A DNA stretch of 64,000 bases from Phoronis australis (Eukaryota; Animalia; Phoronida), in the NCBI GenBank assembly GCA_002633005.1, contig NMRA01000821.1, positions 68,654 through 132,653 on the forward strand. The letters are read 5' to 3'. Below, in pieces: positions 38,225-49,283 of this stretch. The translations under genes and the position numbers were made by a program. A model generated the notes under the pieces. That model searched no databases. It was not told where the DNA came from and was given only the letters and a program-made list of their open reading frames with translations. Positions within the stretch are counted from its first letter, which is position 1, and every line of letters starts with the position of its first letter.

Positions 38225-41200
38225 CTCATCAAGCCATTACGATCTGCCTGTTACTTCGAAGTTCAAATATCAAATACGAGAAAAATAAAAATGCAGATTT
38301 CTGGGCCAGGCCGTTGAGATGAAATGGCGTTTGACAGATATCTATTAGTGAGAAAGCTTGTGTAGCTTGTAATTGAGAAAAAAAATGCACAAAATAGAAT
38401 GCAAATCGCAACAGTTAGACTCGATGTCAACCAAAAATTCATTCTCCTTGGAATAAATTGCACAAGGTTTGCAGTAACGAGTATTAAACGTGAAAGATGA
38501 TTAGCTCCGTATGGATGAACTGAATTAGTCAACGTTTCATAAAATTTATTAGGCACAACTAAGCCCGGGAATGGACCGCTATGTTATTCTCACGGCTGGG
38601 GAAGGAGCTGAAAAATTAAGATACCCACCTGGGTGGGCTCACAAAGGGACACTTTTTAAGGAGCTTCCGTGAAAACGTTAGTATTACTTAGTCGGTACTG
38701 ATTTGTAGGGGTTAATTCCACAAGTGAAACCCAACCCTTTCCCAGAGGGATTTATAGATAACCATCTTTTTACAAAATCCATCCTTTTACAAGTACAAAA
38801 ACGAAAACATTCCATGTTGGAGGCAACCCATTTTGAAGCCACATTTCCAGAAATAAAGATGACCATGGAGACCTTCCGTAATTTTTGATGCAAAGAAGAA
38901 ACGTTTTGCAGCGTTTTCCTTTCCCAAAACGAACACGTCTGTAGGGAAGCTAAAGAGAATGGCGCCCTCTCGTGTTTAATTGTGTTACAAAAATGCCCAT
39001 TTCACAAGGAAACTGTGGTGGTAAAATGATCAAACGTCCGAGCAACACTTTTGTCACACCTCTGTTGTGGTAGTGCCCCCACAAGCAGACTTCTATTCAC
39101 AGTACAGTCGCAATGAATTGTGCCGAGAGTTGCTTGAAGTCGCTTAAGGTCGAAGATTACATTTTCATGTAAGGGAAATGTGCTCCGTCGATGTCTTGCC
39201 ATACCAAACAAGGAGACGTGATTTGCCTTGTGGGAGAAACGTTAACGAAGTGACGATCAGTTGAAAGATCGTTTTTTTGATATTTGAAACTAAAAGAAAA
39301 TGCTTTGATATTAACAGAAATTAAAAACGTTCCAAATAAACCCTAAAAATTCCTGGTGGGCAGGTTGAGTTCTGTTTTAGTGATGGAGGAACACTTTCAG
39401 TGTTGCAATGTAGTCTGTTTATCGCATTCCAGGCCTCTTTAAGTCATACGTTCGGTTTTGGATCTATGGCAGCTTTAAATGACAGTAATGCCAGTCAAAC
39501 CTGTGATTTTTTAGAAACATTTAATCAATGTTCTTCACGTGTGTTGTGCAAAGTCTGTCTATTCAATTGTGAATGTTAATTGGAAGGGACAAAACAAAGC
39601 GTAGTCGAAAGCGTAAACGTTAACATTTCAAAAAGCGTCATACATTAACTTGAAGAGGGAATTCTGCTAGATGGTTCGCGTAAACGGTATGCTTTTTGGC
39701 ATACCGGGTAAATATTAAAGCTCTCTATAGATACTTCTAAAACCCTGCAACAAAAACGCATCCAAACTTGACACCAACACGAATGCATTTAATTTTTTGT
39801 ATTTGACAGATTAATATCACAGCAGGAGGCACGTTTGACTGCACCGTTACAGTCGGTGTTATGATGGAAAATACGCTTCCCGGGGGTTATTTCTTTGTAG
39901 AATTGAGTTAAGGGGTTCCGCTCAAAGTGAGCATTGCTATATTGAGATGGCGACTTCCGTGATCAGCAGTTGCTGTGCCAGGTGCCGTGAAAATGGCAAA
40001 TGCGAGCGGTTTGTCGTGCTGATCAAAGTCGGAGTGAAAACAAATTAAGAGTTAATCTCCAGAGTTAATTTGAACAAGAGACCTAACCAAAGCGCACTGT
40101 GGTAACAACTTCTCCTTAATACGCATTTTTGAACGAAATAGAGCATTGTACATTTCCAGAAAATCCGACTTTCCTGGGACAGACAGCCGGTGGGTTTACA
40201 TACATTTCCCGTCTTACAGAAATAACTTAACACGGCCCACTACTGATTGGCTTTAAGCGTAAACTTAAATATTCTAACGTTACCACTTACTCTAGTTAAC
40301 CGATTGAATACCTCTCTGAGTCTAAAAATTCTTGGAATGATCTCCACCTGTCAGCTTAAAGATAACCTTTCTTTTACATTCACCATTTCAAAACACAGGA
40401 CGAGTTTTTCTGAAGCATGCCATTAAAATAATAAGCTATTCGTAACTTTTAGCCCTGTTTGCATTATTTTACTATTCAATTTTATTTTATCTTGAAGTGA
40501 GTGGGGTTTCAGCAGAAATTTCATTCAAGCTAAGATAAGATAAGGTAAGATAAATGTTATTAAAGTCTCCGTTTAAAAATACATACACATGATAAACATG
40601 CAGAATAAATGTCTTTCCAGACACGTTAGAGACCACGTGACTATAAAATCATAGAAATGAGAACTATTACTATGAACATTATATTACTTTAGAACCGAAC
40701 GATATTGCCTCTTTTTTTAAAACTGATAGGCAGGTTCTGGCAATCAACCGCAAATCTATCCCATTATCAAAACACATGAGGGGAGACAATTTTTCTTCAT
40801 CATTTAAAAGATGTAAGATCGTCGTTTAATTGATCAAACACCGGCCCTGGTTATAGATTCTATCTTCGTAGCTCAGGCCACAATAGCTAACTAGCTCAAC
40901 CCCCAATGGGGCCAGTACTTGACCTGAAAGCATCCAGAAACCTTCGATCCCTGCGACTTGGATTAGAACATAAATGTGGTTTAAGAACCAGAGTTGACTT
41001 AAAATTTCTTTACAGCCTAAGTTTGTTTCCTGACCTTGGTCTTATATCTGGACACATTACATATGGCGCCGGTTGAATGAGTACCCATAATGCATGAGCC
41101 AACTCTCACTTTCTACGACATCCATTTTAGGTGGTGGTGGAACATCATCAAAATAAAAATCAAACTAAAAATTCACATTAAATTCAGTTAACTTTGATAA

Positions 41201-43656
41201 TATTCGGAATTGAATAAACAGTATTTGCATTTAGGCTCCGACTGAATTCACTTGCGTTAATATATATTCAATGAAATTTTAACTAAAACAGAGCGGAAAG
41301 GGAATCTTTAATCGACACCAAATGCACGTTCGGTACGCAAAGTGGACTTTTTATTTAGACCACATAACGATAGAGAATTGATCCCGAGCTTTTCTTCACG
41401 CACACGAGCCCCATAAGATAATACTGGTATTGCAGGATTATAGTGAGTTATTTTACTTGATTGCCACTTGTGCATTTGTTGCAACCTTTTAGCATCATCT
41501 GAACTAACATTTGATCCTATGCTGTTCTTTTAGATATTTAAGAGTGACTCCATATAGGTAGTTTCTTGTCATGCAATTGTTAAAAATTGGACTGAGGTAA
41601 GGAGAGGCATTGTCTATCTTTTTTTCTCAGCGTCAGATACTTTCACGAAAAAGATGGCGTTGACTAACAACGCAATGAGATAAGCAGACTACATGTATTT
41701 AATACTTTGCTGTGGTGTATCGGTTGTTTTCATCTTTAGACCGTGCTGATTGAAATTGTCATCTTGGTTTCATTATTTTGAGGAAAATCCCAGTCTAGTT
41801 GCATTTGTTTGTTCTCTTGCCGCAGTGGGAATCAAGAATGGTTAATAGTCGTTACAGCCTCAGATAGGGTAATTTTTCTGATAAAGAACAGTTTAAATCT
41901 CATTTCGCTTCTTGCACGGAACGCCAGTGTATTCATGTAGCAGCTTTAAAATGCCATTAATTCAAACCCAACTTCGATTTTCACGAAGCGTGTAATCTAC
42001 TTACTACGTAAAATGATTAAATTCTATCTATTCAATTAAAAATGTCAATTGAAAAATACAAATAACAGCGTTCTCAAAAACATAAACGTTAACATTTCAA
42101 ATAGTCCCATGCATTGATTTGAAGAGGGAGTTCTCCCAGGGACCGTTCACGATTATCGCCGTTTTCACAAACGTGCAAACCGCGCGCTTTAGAGGGGAGG
42201 GGCTTGATATTAGCGCGCACTGTTGACGTCATAAAACGGCAAAGTCTAATAGCAAGAATCAACATTAGATAATTGATTTTCACACCGTAAAACTTAACAA
42301 AACCAACAATAACAGCAATGTTGCCAAGATCCAACCCGGCCTACAGGATGTACGAAAAAACGCAAGACTGCACCTGTTGTTTACCGCTTTCTTCGAAATA
42401 CAGTGTCAATCAAAAGCGTCGTCTGTTCCCGGTTGTGATCTCAACTTAGCTGGGGATTCAGTTGTCTACACAGACAAAACCAGTTTGCAAAAAGTCTCTC
42501 AACAACTATCGACATTTCGTAAATGCACATTGTTAAGTCTGTGCCAGGAGCGACACCTATTCGGAGAAGTCAAAAAGGGACAGCATTCCTAATCGGACTT
42601 GAATCGTGACCGTCGCAAAATCATTGCGAGCGGGTTCGATCGAGCATTTGACAAAAGGAGAATTTATCTAAATCGAAAATCACAGACTTTTTCGGAATTC
42701 AATCCAAGGTGTGCTTTCTTGTTTCATTATTTAGAAAAAAGTTAAAAACATGAAACAAAATCCTCCATTTGTCAATATATGGCGGTCTACTCGACGTAGG
42801 TCTAGGGCCTGCATGTTTACAGAATGCTGACGTGTTATGTTGATATCGCGTGGATTTCATTGGTTTATACGAGTGCAAAGCATGTAAGATAGCTGGGAAA
42901 AAACAAAGATGACTACAAGGCACTCGTTTACGTATGAACGAATGCAATGCACACGTTCTGAAAAGAACACATTGGTGTTCAATATAGACGCACGTGTACA
43001 TTAAAGTGGAACTTGCACGCTTATTCCTTACCTCTGTGATTGCTTGGCCACATTAGTTAGAAACACAACATATAGCGACGATGTGAATATGAAGTAGATT
43101 GAAAATTACCAATTGTTTTTAAGAACGAGTTTTGCGTCGATAATGATCACCGTAAATAACTCAGCCATGTCCAGTAAGTATGATGACGTGGTGTTGGGGA
43201 ATAACACTGCATGGTGCGGGCTATGTGAGCCCCCAAGGTACGTTATTAGTGAAAAGTTCACTTATTTGAGGAATTTTTTGTTTCCACATTTACAAGTTGT
43301 CAATGAATACAACTGCCCTTTGTTCAGCAAAGATGATGTTCAAATAGTATTGTCGTTTAGTTCCTGCTATACATTAGCATAGTTAGGAGCATGCAAATAT
43401 ATCTTTAAATGTGTAAGTGACCTTGCCTATGATCATTGTCCGACGCCGCGTCCTTAAATAATTTTTTCTGTCCCCTCAGTTCTAGCCTCACTCCTCTGAG
43501 GCGAGTAGGTAAAATATATCACTTTTCACTTTTGTTGGTGGAGCACGCTTACTTTTGTCAGATTACAAGAACATTTCGAGTCACACACATGATTCACACT
43601 CTGATAGCGAGGTATCGAACAAGCTTCGATTTTGACTTACATGTATGATATGATAC

Positions 43657-44079
43657 TGCTGTGCGTGAACTTGAAATCCTGCTTAATCTCATGATCTCGT
43701 ATGCGTGAACTTGGAATTGAATATTACTTAAGACAAAAAGGTGAAATTTTTGTTCGGTGAAATGAATTTTTGTAATTATTGGCCTTGCAATCAAACATTT
43801 TCTTCTTTACCGTAACTTATGTCTCTGAACCGGAGGAATATGTGAATGGCTAAACCGATTATTGTTTGGTGAAACTGATCGCTCGTAGTTGAAAAGGTTG
43901 GTTAAAGTTGACATTATTTTATTCAAATGTAATTTGATTTAGTGTAGTGCAAATTTTAATGAACATTAACGTGATTATTTGAGTGAAGTTGTCAAGTTGC
44001 CTGGCGTATTCCAAGTTCACGCAACACTCACTTCTGCTTAATCTTGAGATTAAGCAGGATTCCAAGTTCACGTACAGCA
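43657..44079. mobile_element. 423-bp MITE with ~38-bp TIRs (TGCTGT.CGTGAACTTG.AATCCTGCTTAATCTCA) and a 4-bp TSD (ATAC)
   Basis: The left and right ends are reverse complements; ATAC at 43653-43656 and 44080-44083. Confidence 0.9.
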
Positions 44080-45230
44080 ATACATGTACATGCTCCCAAA
44101 TAGGTACTTGACGCCGATTATATTTTATGGCCATGCTATTTAAGTTCCACCATTAAGGTCCCACCCTCGATCCGCTGGTAATCACTGGTCACATTTGGAG
44201 ACAGTCGGGCGACGATCGGAACATAATAGACGCTCCGTTGCACCTTTAAATTACTACAACCATTACCGATAAAAAGTGCTTGACGACGCTCAGCCATCGG
44301 GATAGCGGCTGTATCGATCTTGCATCTCCCGTTTTGTGGCACTGTAGTGCAAAAATGAATCAAATTGCACGAAGTATTGTTTGTAATCAATATATTTTTA
44401 TACCACGTCACTGTACATAACAACACCTATGTGAAGTACACTTTAGATCATGTACATACATGTAGACCTAAAACATCGCTATTTGTGTTTGCTTTCGGGA
44501 GGGAGGACACCTTATGGTTTGTATGCTGCTACATGCGTGAAAATGGAGGTAGTTGTGAGCGGTCCCTGCCATGGTTCTGGAAAACCCTTCTGTTATTGTT
44601 GCAGGGGCAAAGAAATTGACGCCGAGAACCAGTTTTCATTGAATAACGACAATGTTCGTTATTCAGTTAAACTAGTTTCGGGTAGCCATTTTGAAGGGGG
44701 ACCCGTTTACACCACTTTTACAAAAGAGTTTGATATCCTTAAATTAATCCGTTTGAGAGGCAACTAAATCAGAAAATGAACCCTTCCGTGGGCAATTTTG
44801 TTGAAAAAGGTACCAACTCCCAAAGAGAATACGGTCATGAAAAAATCACCCACATAAGCAGCATAAAGCATATTCTATGGAGGTTATCCCCCGACGCGCC
44901 TGTTCAGTGAACAGCCAAAGTACCTGGGTTGTGCCAAGAAACAAGGCGATTCGGGGTTCACGCCCTGTTGTATTTAAAGCGGTTATAGACCAGACTTCCA
45001 CCACAAAAATAACTCTGAATCCCGACCACTTACTGTTGGGAAATTGGCCTCAAATTTTTTTTTAGTCTAATAGGGCCGCCCCGGATTACACAGCAACACT
45101 CAAATCTCGCTGTATTTACCCACAATGCCGTAAACATCCGTCAGGCACATATGCTGCCTCGTTTTCAAGCCACTGGAGTTTCACGTTATTGTTTGTTGTC
45201 TGATTCTTTACAGATTTTTCTCGCTTGCAT

Positions 45231-45604
45231 TGCTGTGTGTGAACTTGGAATCCTGCTTTTTCTCAAGATCGCGTATGCGTGAACTTGGAATTGAGTATTA
45301 TTTAAGGCAAAAAGATGACATTTTTGTTCGGTGAAAAGCATTTTTTGTTATTGTTGGCCTCGCGATCAACCATTTTCTCGTTTACCGTAACTTATGTCGC
45401 AGAACTCGCCCGTGGTTAAAAAGGATGGTTAAAATTGCATTTTTTATTCAAATGTAACTTGATTTAGTGCAGTGCAAATTTTTGTGAACATGAACGTGAT
45501 TATTTGAGTGAACTTGTCAAGTTGCCTCGCGTATTCCAGGTTCACGCAACACTCACTTCCGTTTAATCTTGAGAGTAAGCAAGTTTCCAAGTTCACGTAC
45601 AGCA
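45231..45604. mobile_element. Second full copy of the TGCTGT...ACAGCA MITE, with a 4-bp TSD (GCAT)
   Basis: GCAT at 45227-45230 and 45605-45608. The element is absent from the paralogous position in the second duplicate unit (~48355). Confidence 0.88.
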
Positions 45605-45633
45605 GCATTACTATATTCGTCCTTCCAATACCA

Positions 45634-45760
45634 ATGGCGTGTTACTACTGTGCTGTGGGTTGCAACTCCAACGTGAGAAAGTTTGATAAACTGAACAAAT
45701 ACCCGTGTATGCGTGATATGAAATTTTCCCCTTCCCGACACCATTGACAGACACGATTCT
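45634..45760 (+). pseudogene. THAP zinc-finger N-terminal remnant (frameshifted)
   Basis: MACYYCAVGCNSNVRK...KF(F)PFP after a 1-nt frameshift resembles the THAP C-x3-C...FxFP motif. Confidence 0.5.
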
Positions 45761-48373
45761 ATAATGATATCCCGCGCTTTCTTACCTCTGGGACAAAGGA
45801 GAGTTCAATCACCATGTAATCCGGGGATTAGAGAGAACTGACAGTTCGTTATTCGTGGAGATTGGGATCTACAAGTTATCTTGTCCTGCCGTGTCATTAC
45901 GTCACTTGGGTGTAACCTCAACGAATAGCGAACTGCCACTTCTTCGCAAATCTAGGCATCATTCCAGTTTTATCTGAGCAAGAAATACGGCGAGATAAAT
46001 TTTATAAAGGTAAGAAGTCTGAGGAGACAGTGTGATTCATTCATTCTCTCGTAGTTTGAGCTTCGGGCTCCCGTTTGTCAGACTCACGGTTCGAATCCTG
46101 GCTTTAGTGGCAAACAATCGAGCATTGCTCGGTCTTCCTAGTGAATGTATGCAAGCAGTGAACCTGGATATAATGCAAAAGCGATTTGTGAGACAATGCT
46201 CAATATTGTGTCTAAATCAAAAGTTGGGTTTTGGACGAACGCTGCTTTAACTGGTATTAATTTACGTCAAACTTCGATTTTAAGGAACAGTTAATCAACG
46301 TACCTCACGGGGTGTGTAAATTCTTTCTATTCAATTGTGACTGTCAATTAAAAAATGAAAAATAACTGCGTCGTGGAACGCGTCACCGTTCACATTTCAA
46401 ATAGTTTCATGCATTAATTTGAAGAGGGAGTTTTCCAAGGGACCGTTCGCGATTATCGTCACTTATTGCAACGGGTAAATATCAAAGTCGTTTTTAGTTG
46501 CTCTAAAAACCCGAAACAAAACGCACTTAAATTAGACATGAGCTTGAATAAATACCGATTTTTCGCGTTCGGCTCAAGAGCAACGCTGCATGGAATTAAT
46601 GACTGATTGGATTTTTGCTATCGGTTTTACAGCCGAAAAAACATCTCCGGGGGTTTTTGATAGTGGGTCTGAGTTCTTAAAGCTGCTACTTTCGACTGGT
46701 GGTATAAGGCAGCAAAATCTGTCTGTGATTTTATTAAGAGGTCTCTAGTGGAAAATTATCTTAGTGAAAGCGATACGGTGAACCCATCAGCAGTGCTGGG
46801 CACCGTAGAAACTGCAAACGTGTGGATCGCATTGAAAGAATGACGCACATGTGAACAAATATAGCGCTTGAGTACCGTGTGACATTCCACAAATTCCTTT
46901 TCATTCTCGGTGAGAATGCTGGGTTGACTTGCATACCTTTTCCGTCTGCCACGAATAACTTAGTCATTCTCATGCGCTTTGGTTTGACTTTAAAGAAGCA
47001 TTATTTTTAATGCCAAAATGCGTTCTTGGGATTATCGTTGAATGATGTTGACTTTCTGAAGTTATTCGACCAGGGCTATAAAAAAAATCCGACGTTTTGT
47101 GATTTTTGCAAATCTCCATCCCCTGTCCGACATTCGCTGAAACAAAGCCTTGTGGCTTTCTTTACCAATTGCCATCTCTCTCAATGGTTGATTAGAAGTG
47201 TCTGCTTTATTTGACTGGGGAGGTCTTCGCGCATTATTCTTTATACTAGTTTGAAGGGTCTGAGCCTAGTTTTCCAGTTAAACTATTTGTCACTTTGGTG
47301 TATTTAAAAGAAATTGATATTCAAACTTTTTACATTTTCTTGTTCTGCTGTTTTTAGACATTTGATTTTATTGATGTAACGCAATGCTCAATTTTCAGCG
47401 TCAGATATTTTCCCAAAAAAGGAATATTGAAAGAGACCGCACTCACAAAACTGTATGTTTTAATGCTGTGTAATAGTTGCCTGATTCTTAATGGCGTCAT
47501 TAGGAGCGTTGAATGAAAAATCCTGTTCTTGACACTATTTATTATGTAGAAATCTCATATTGCATGTAGTACTTAAAGGCATTTGCAGAGTTCCTGGATG
47601 AAAAATTTTCATATAAAAGCAATTTCAGAGGCGCGTTTTTCGCCTTTGACGAAACTCATTTGATTAGCACATTTTTGGAAGAAGACTTGATGCCATACGG
47701 CTACAATAAATGCCACATTTTAATTGCTGCGTTATACTGGGTCAGTAACACTCATATTCAAGATTCATAACTGGTCACGTGACGTTTATTGGAAACATTA
47801 GACACACGATTCAGTAACTCTAATTAAATTTTAAAAAATTCTTCTGGCATAAGGTGGCTCATTACCACCATCAATCTCCGAATAATTTGGATTCTACATT
47901 TAAGAGAGCGAAAGCTTAGAAAATGAACCCTTTCGTGGACAATTTTGTTGAAAAGGACACCATCTCGCAAGGAGAACACGGTCATGAAAAATTCACCCAT
48001 ATGAGCAGCATAAACCCTATTCTATGGAAGTAACCCCCAGGCACTCCTGTTCAGTGAACAGCCAAAGTACGTGGGTTGTGCCAAAAAACAATGTGATCCG
48101 GGGTTCACGCCGTTTCGTTTTTAAAGCGGCTATAAACCAGCCTTCCATCACACAAAATAAGTTTTGAATTCCGATCACTTACGGTTGTGAAATTGGCCTC
48201 AAATTCTTTCCTAGTCTAATAGGGCTATCCTCACAACGAAACTCGAATTTCGCTGTATTTACCTACAATGCCGTAAGCATCTGTCAGGCATATATGCTGC
48301 CTCGTTTTCATGCCATTGGAGTTTTACATGTTATTTTCATTGTCTGATACTTTACACTTTATTCATTCTTCCA

Positions 48374-48571
48374 ATGCCAACGAAGTATTACTACTATGCT
48401 GTGAGTTGCAACTCCGACGTGATAAAGTTTGATAAACTGGACAAATACCCGTGTATGCGTGATCTGAAATTTTTCGCCTTCCCGAAAGCAATGACAGACA
48501 CGAAAATGTGCCTGATTTCCAAAATGAGGTCACGCGCTTTCTTATCTCCTGTACAAAGGAGAGTTCAATAG
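48374..48571 (+). pseudogene. THAP zinc-finger remnant, paralogue of the copy at 45634
   Basis: MPTKYYYYAVSCNSDVIK...KFFAFPK. The first Cys, the conserved Trp and the CxxHF motif are missing, and a stop follows. Confidence 0.5.
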
Positions 48572-48641
48572 CCATGTAATCCGGAGCGGCCCTATTTGAG
48601 GGATTCGAAAGAACTGCCAGTTCGTTATTCGTGGAGATTAA

Positions 48642-49283
48642 GATCTACAAGTTGACTTGTCCTGCCGTGTCATTATGTCACTTGGGCATAACCTCAATGA
48701 ATAGCGATCTGCAAGTTGACTTGTCCTGCCCTGTCATTACTTGTCACGTCGGTATAACCTCAATGAATAGCGATCTACAGGTTGACTTGTCCTGCCGTGT
48801 CATTACGTCACGTGGGTATAACCTCAATGAATGGCGATCTACAGGTTGACTTGTCTTGCCGTGTCATTATGTCACTTGGGCATAACCTCAATGAATAGCG
48901 ATCTACAAGTTGACTTGTCCTGCCCTGTCAATACGTCACGTAGGTATAGTCTCAACGAATAGCGATCTACAAGTTGACTTGTCTTGCCGTGTCATTACGT
49001 CACGTGGGTATAACCTAAACAAATAGCGATCTACAACTTGACTTGTCCTGCCGTGTCATTACGTCAAGTGGGTATAACCTCAATGAATAGCGATCTACAG
49101 GTTGACTTGTCTTGCCGTGTCATTACGTCACTTGGGCATAACCTCAACGAATAGCGATCTACAAGTTGACTTGTCCTGCCGCGTCATTACGTCACGTGTG
49201 TATAATCTCATCGAATGGCGATCTACAAGTTGACTTGTCCTGTCCTGTCATTACGTCACGTGGGTATAACCTCAATGAATAGT
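48642..49283. repeat. 64-bp tandem array, 10 copies
   Basis: Units start at 48642, 48706, 48772, 48836, 48900, 48964, 49028, 49092, 49156 and 49220. Consensus GATCTACAAGTTGACTTGTCCTGCCGTGTCATTACGTCACGTGGGTATAACCTCAATGAATAGC. A single monomer lies at ~45866-45928. Confidence 0.97.

Noticed and set aside
38011-38232. Repetitive ORF (FYKFLQVSTS)n, and similar ORFs at 54345, 54600 and 56734
   Set aside because: These are translations of simple tandem repeats.
40240-40420. Peptides resembling a CR1/L2 LINE C-terminus (GFKRKLK, SWNDL)
   Set aside because: Only two short motifs, in non-canonical order and interrupted by stops; not enough to call.
48642-49283. CRISPR-like appearance of the 64-bp array
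   Set aside because: The units are contiguous homologous monomers with no unique spacers, there are no cas genes, and the context is eukaryotic.
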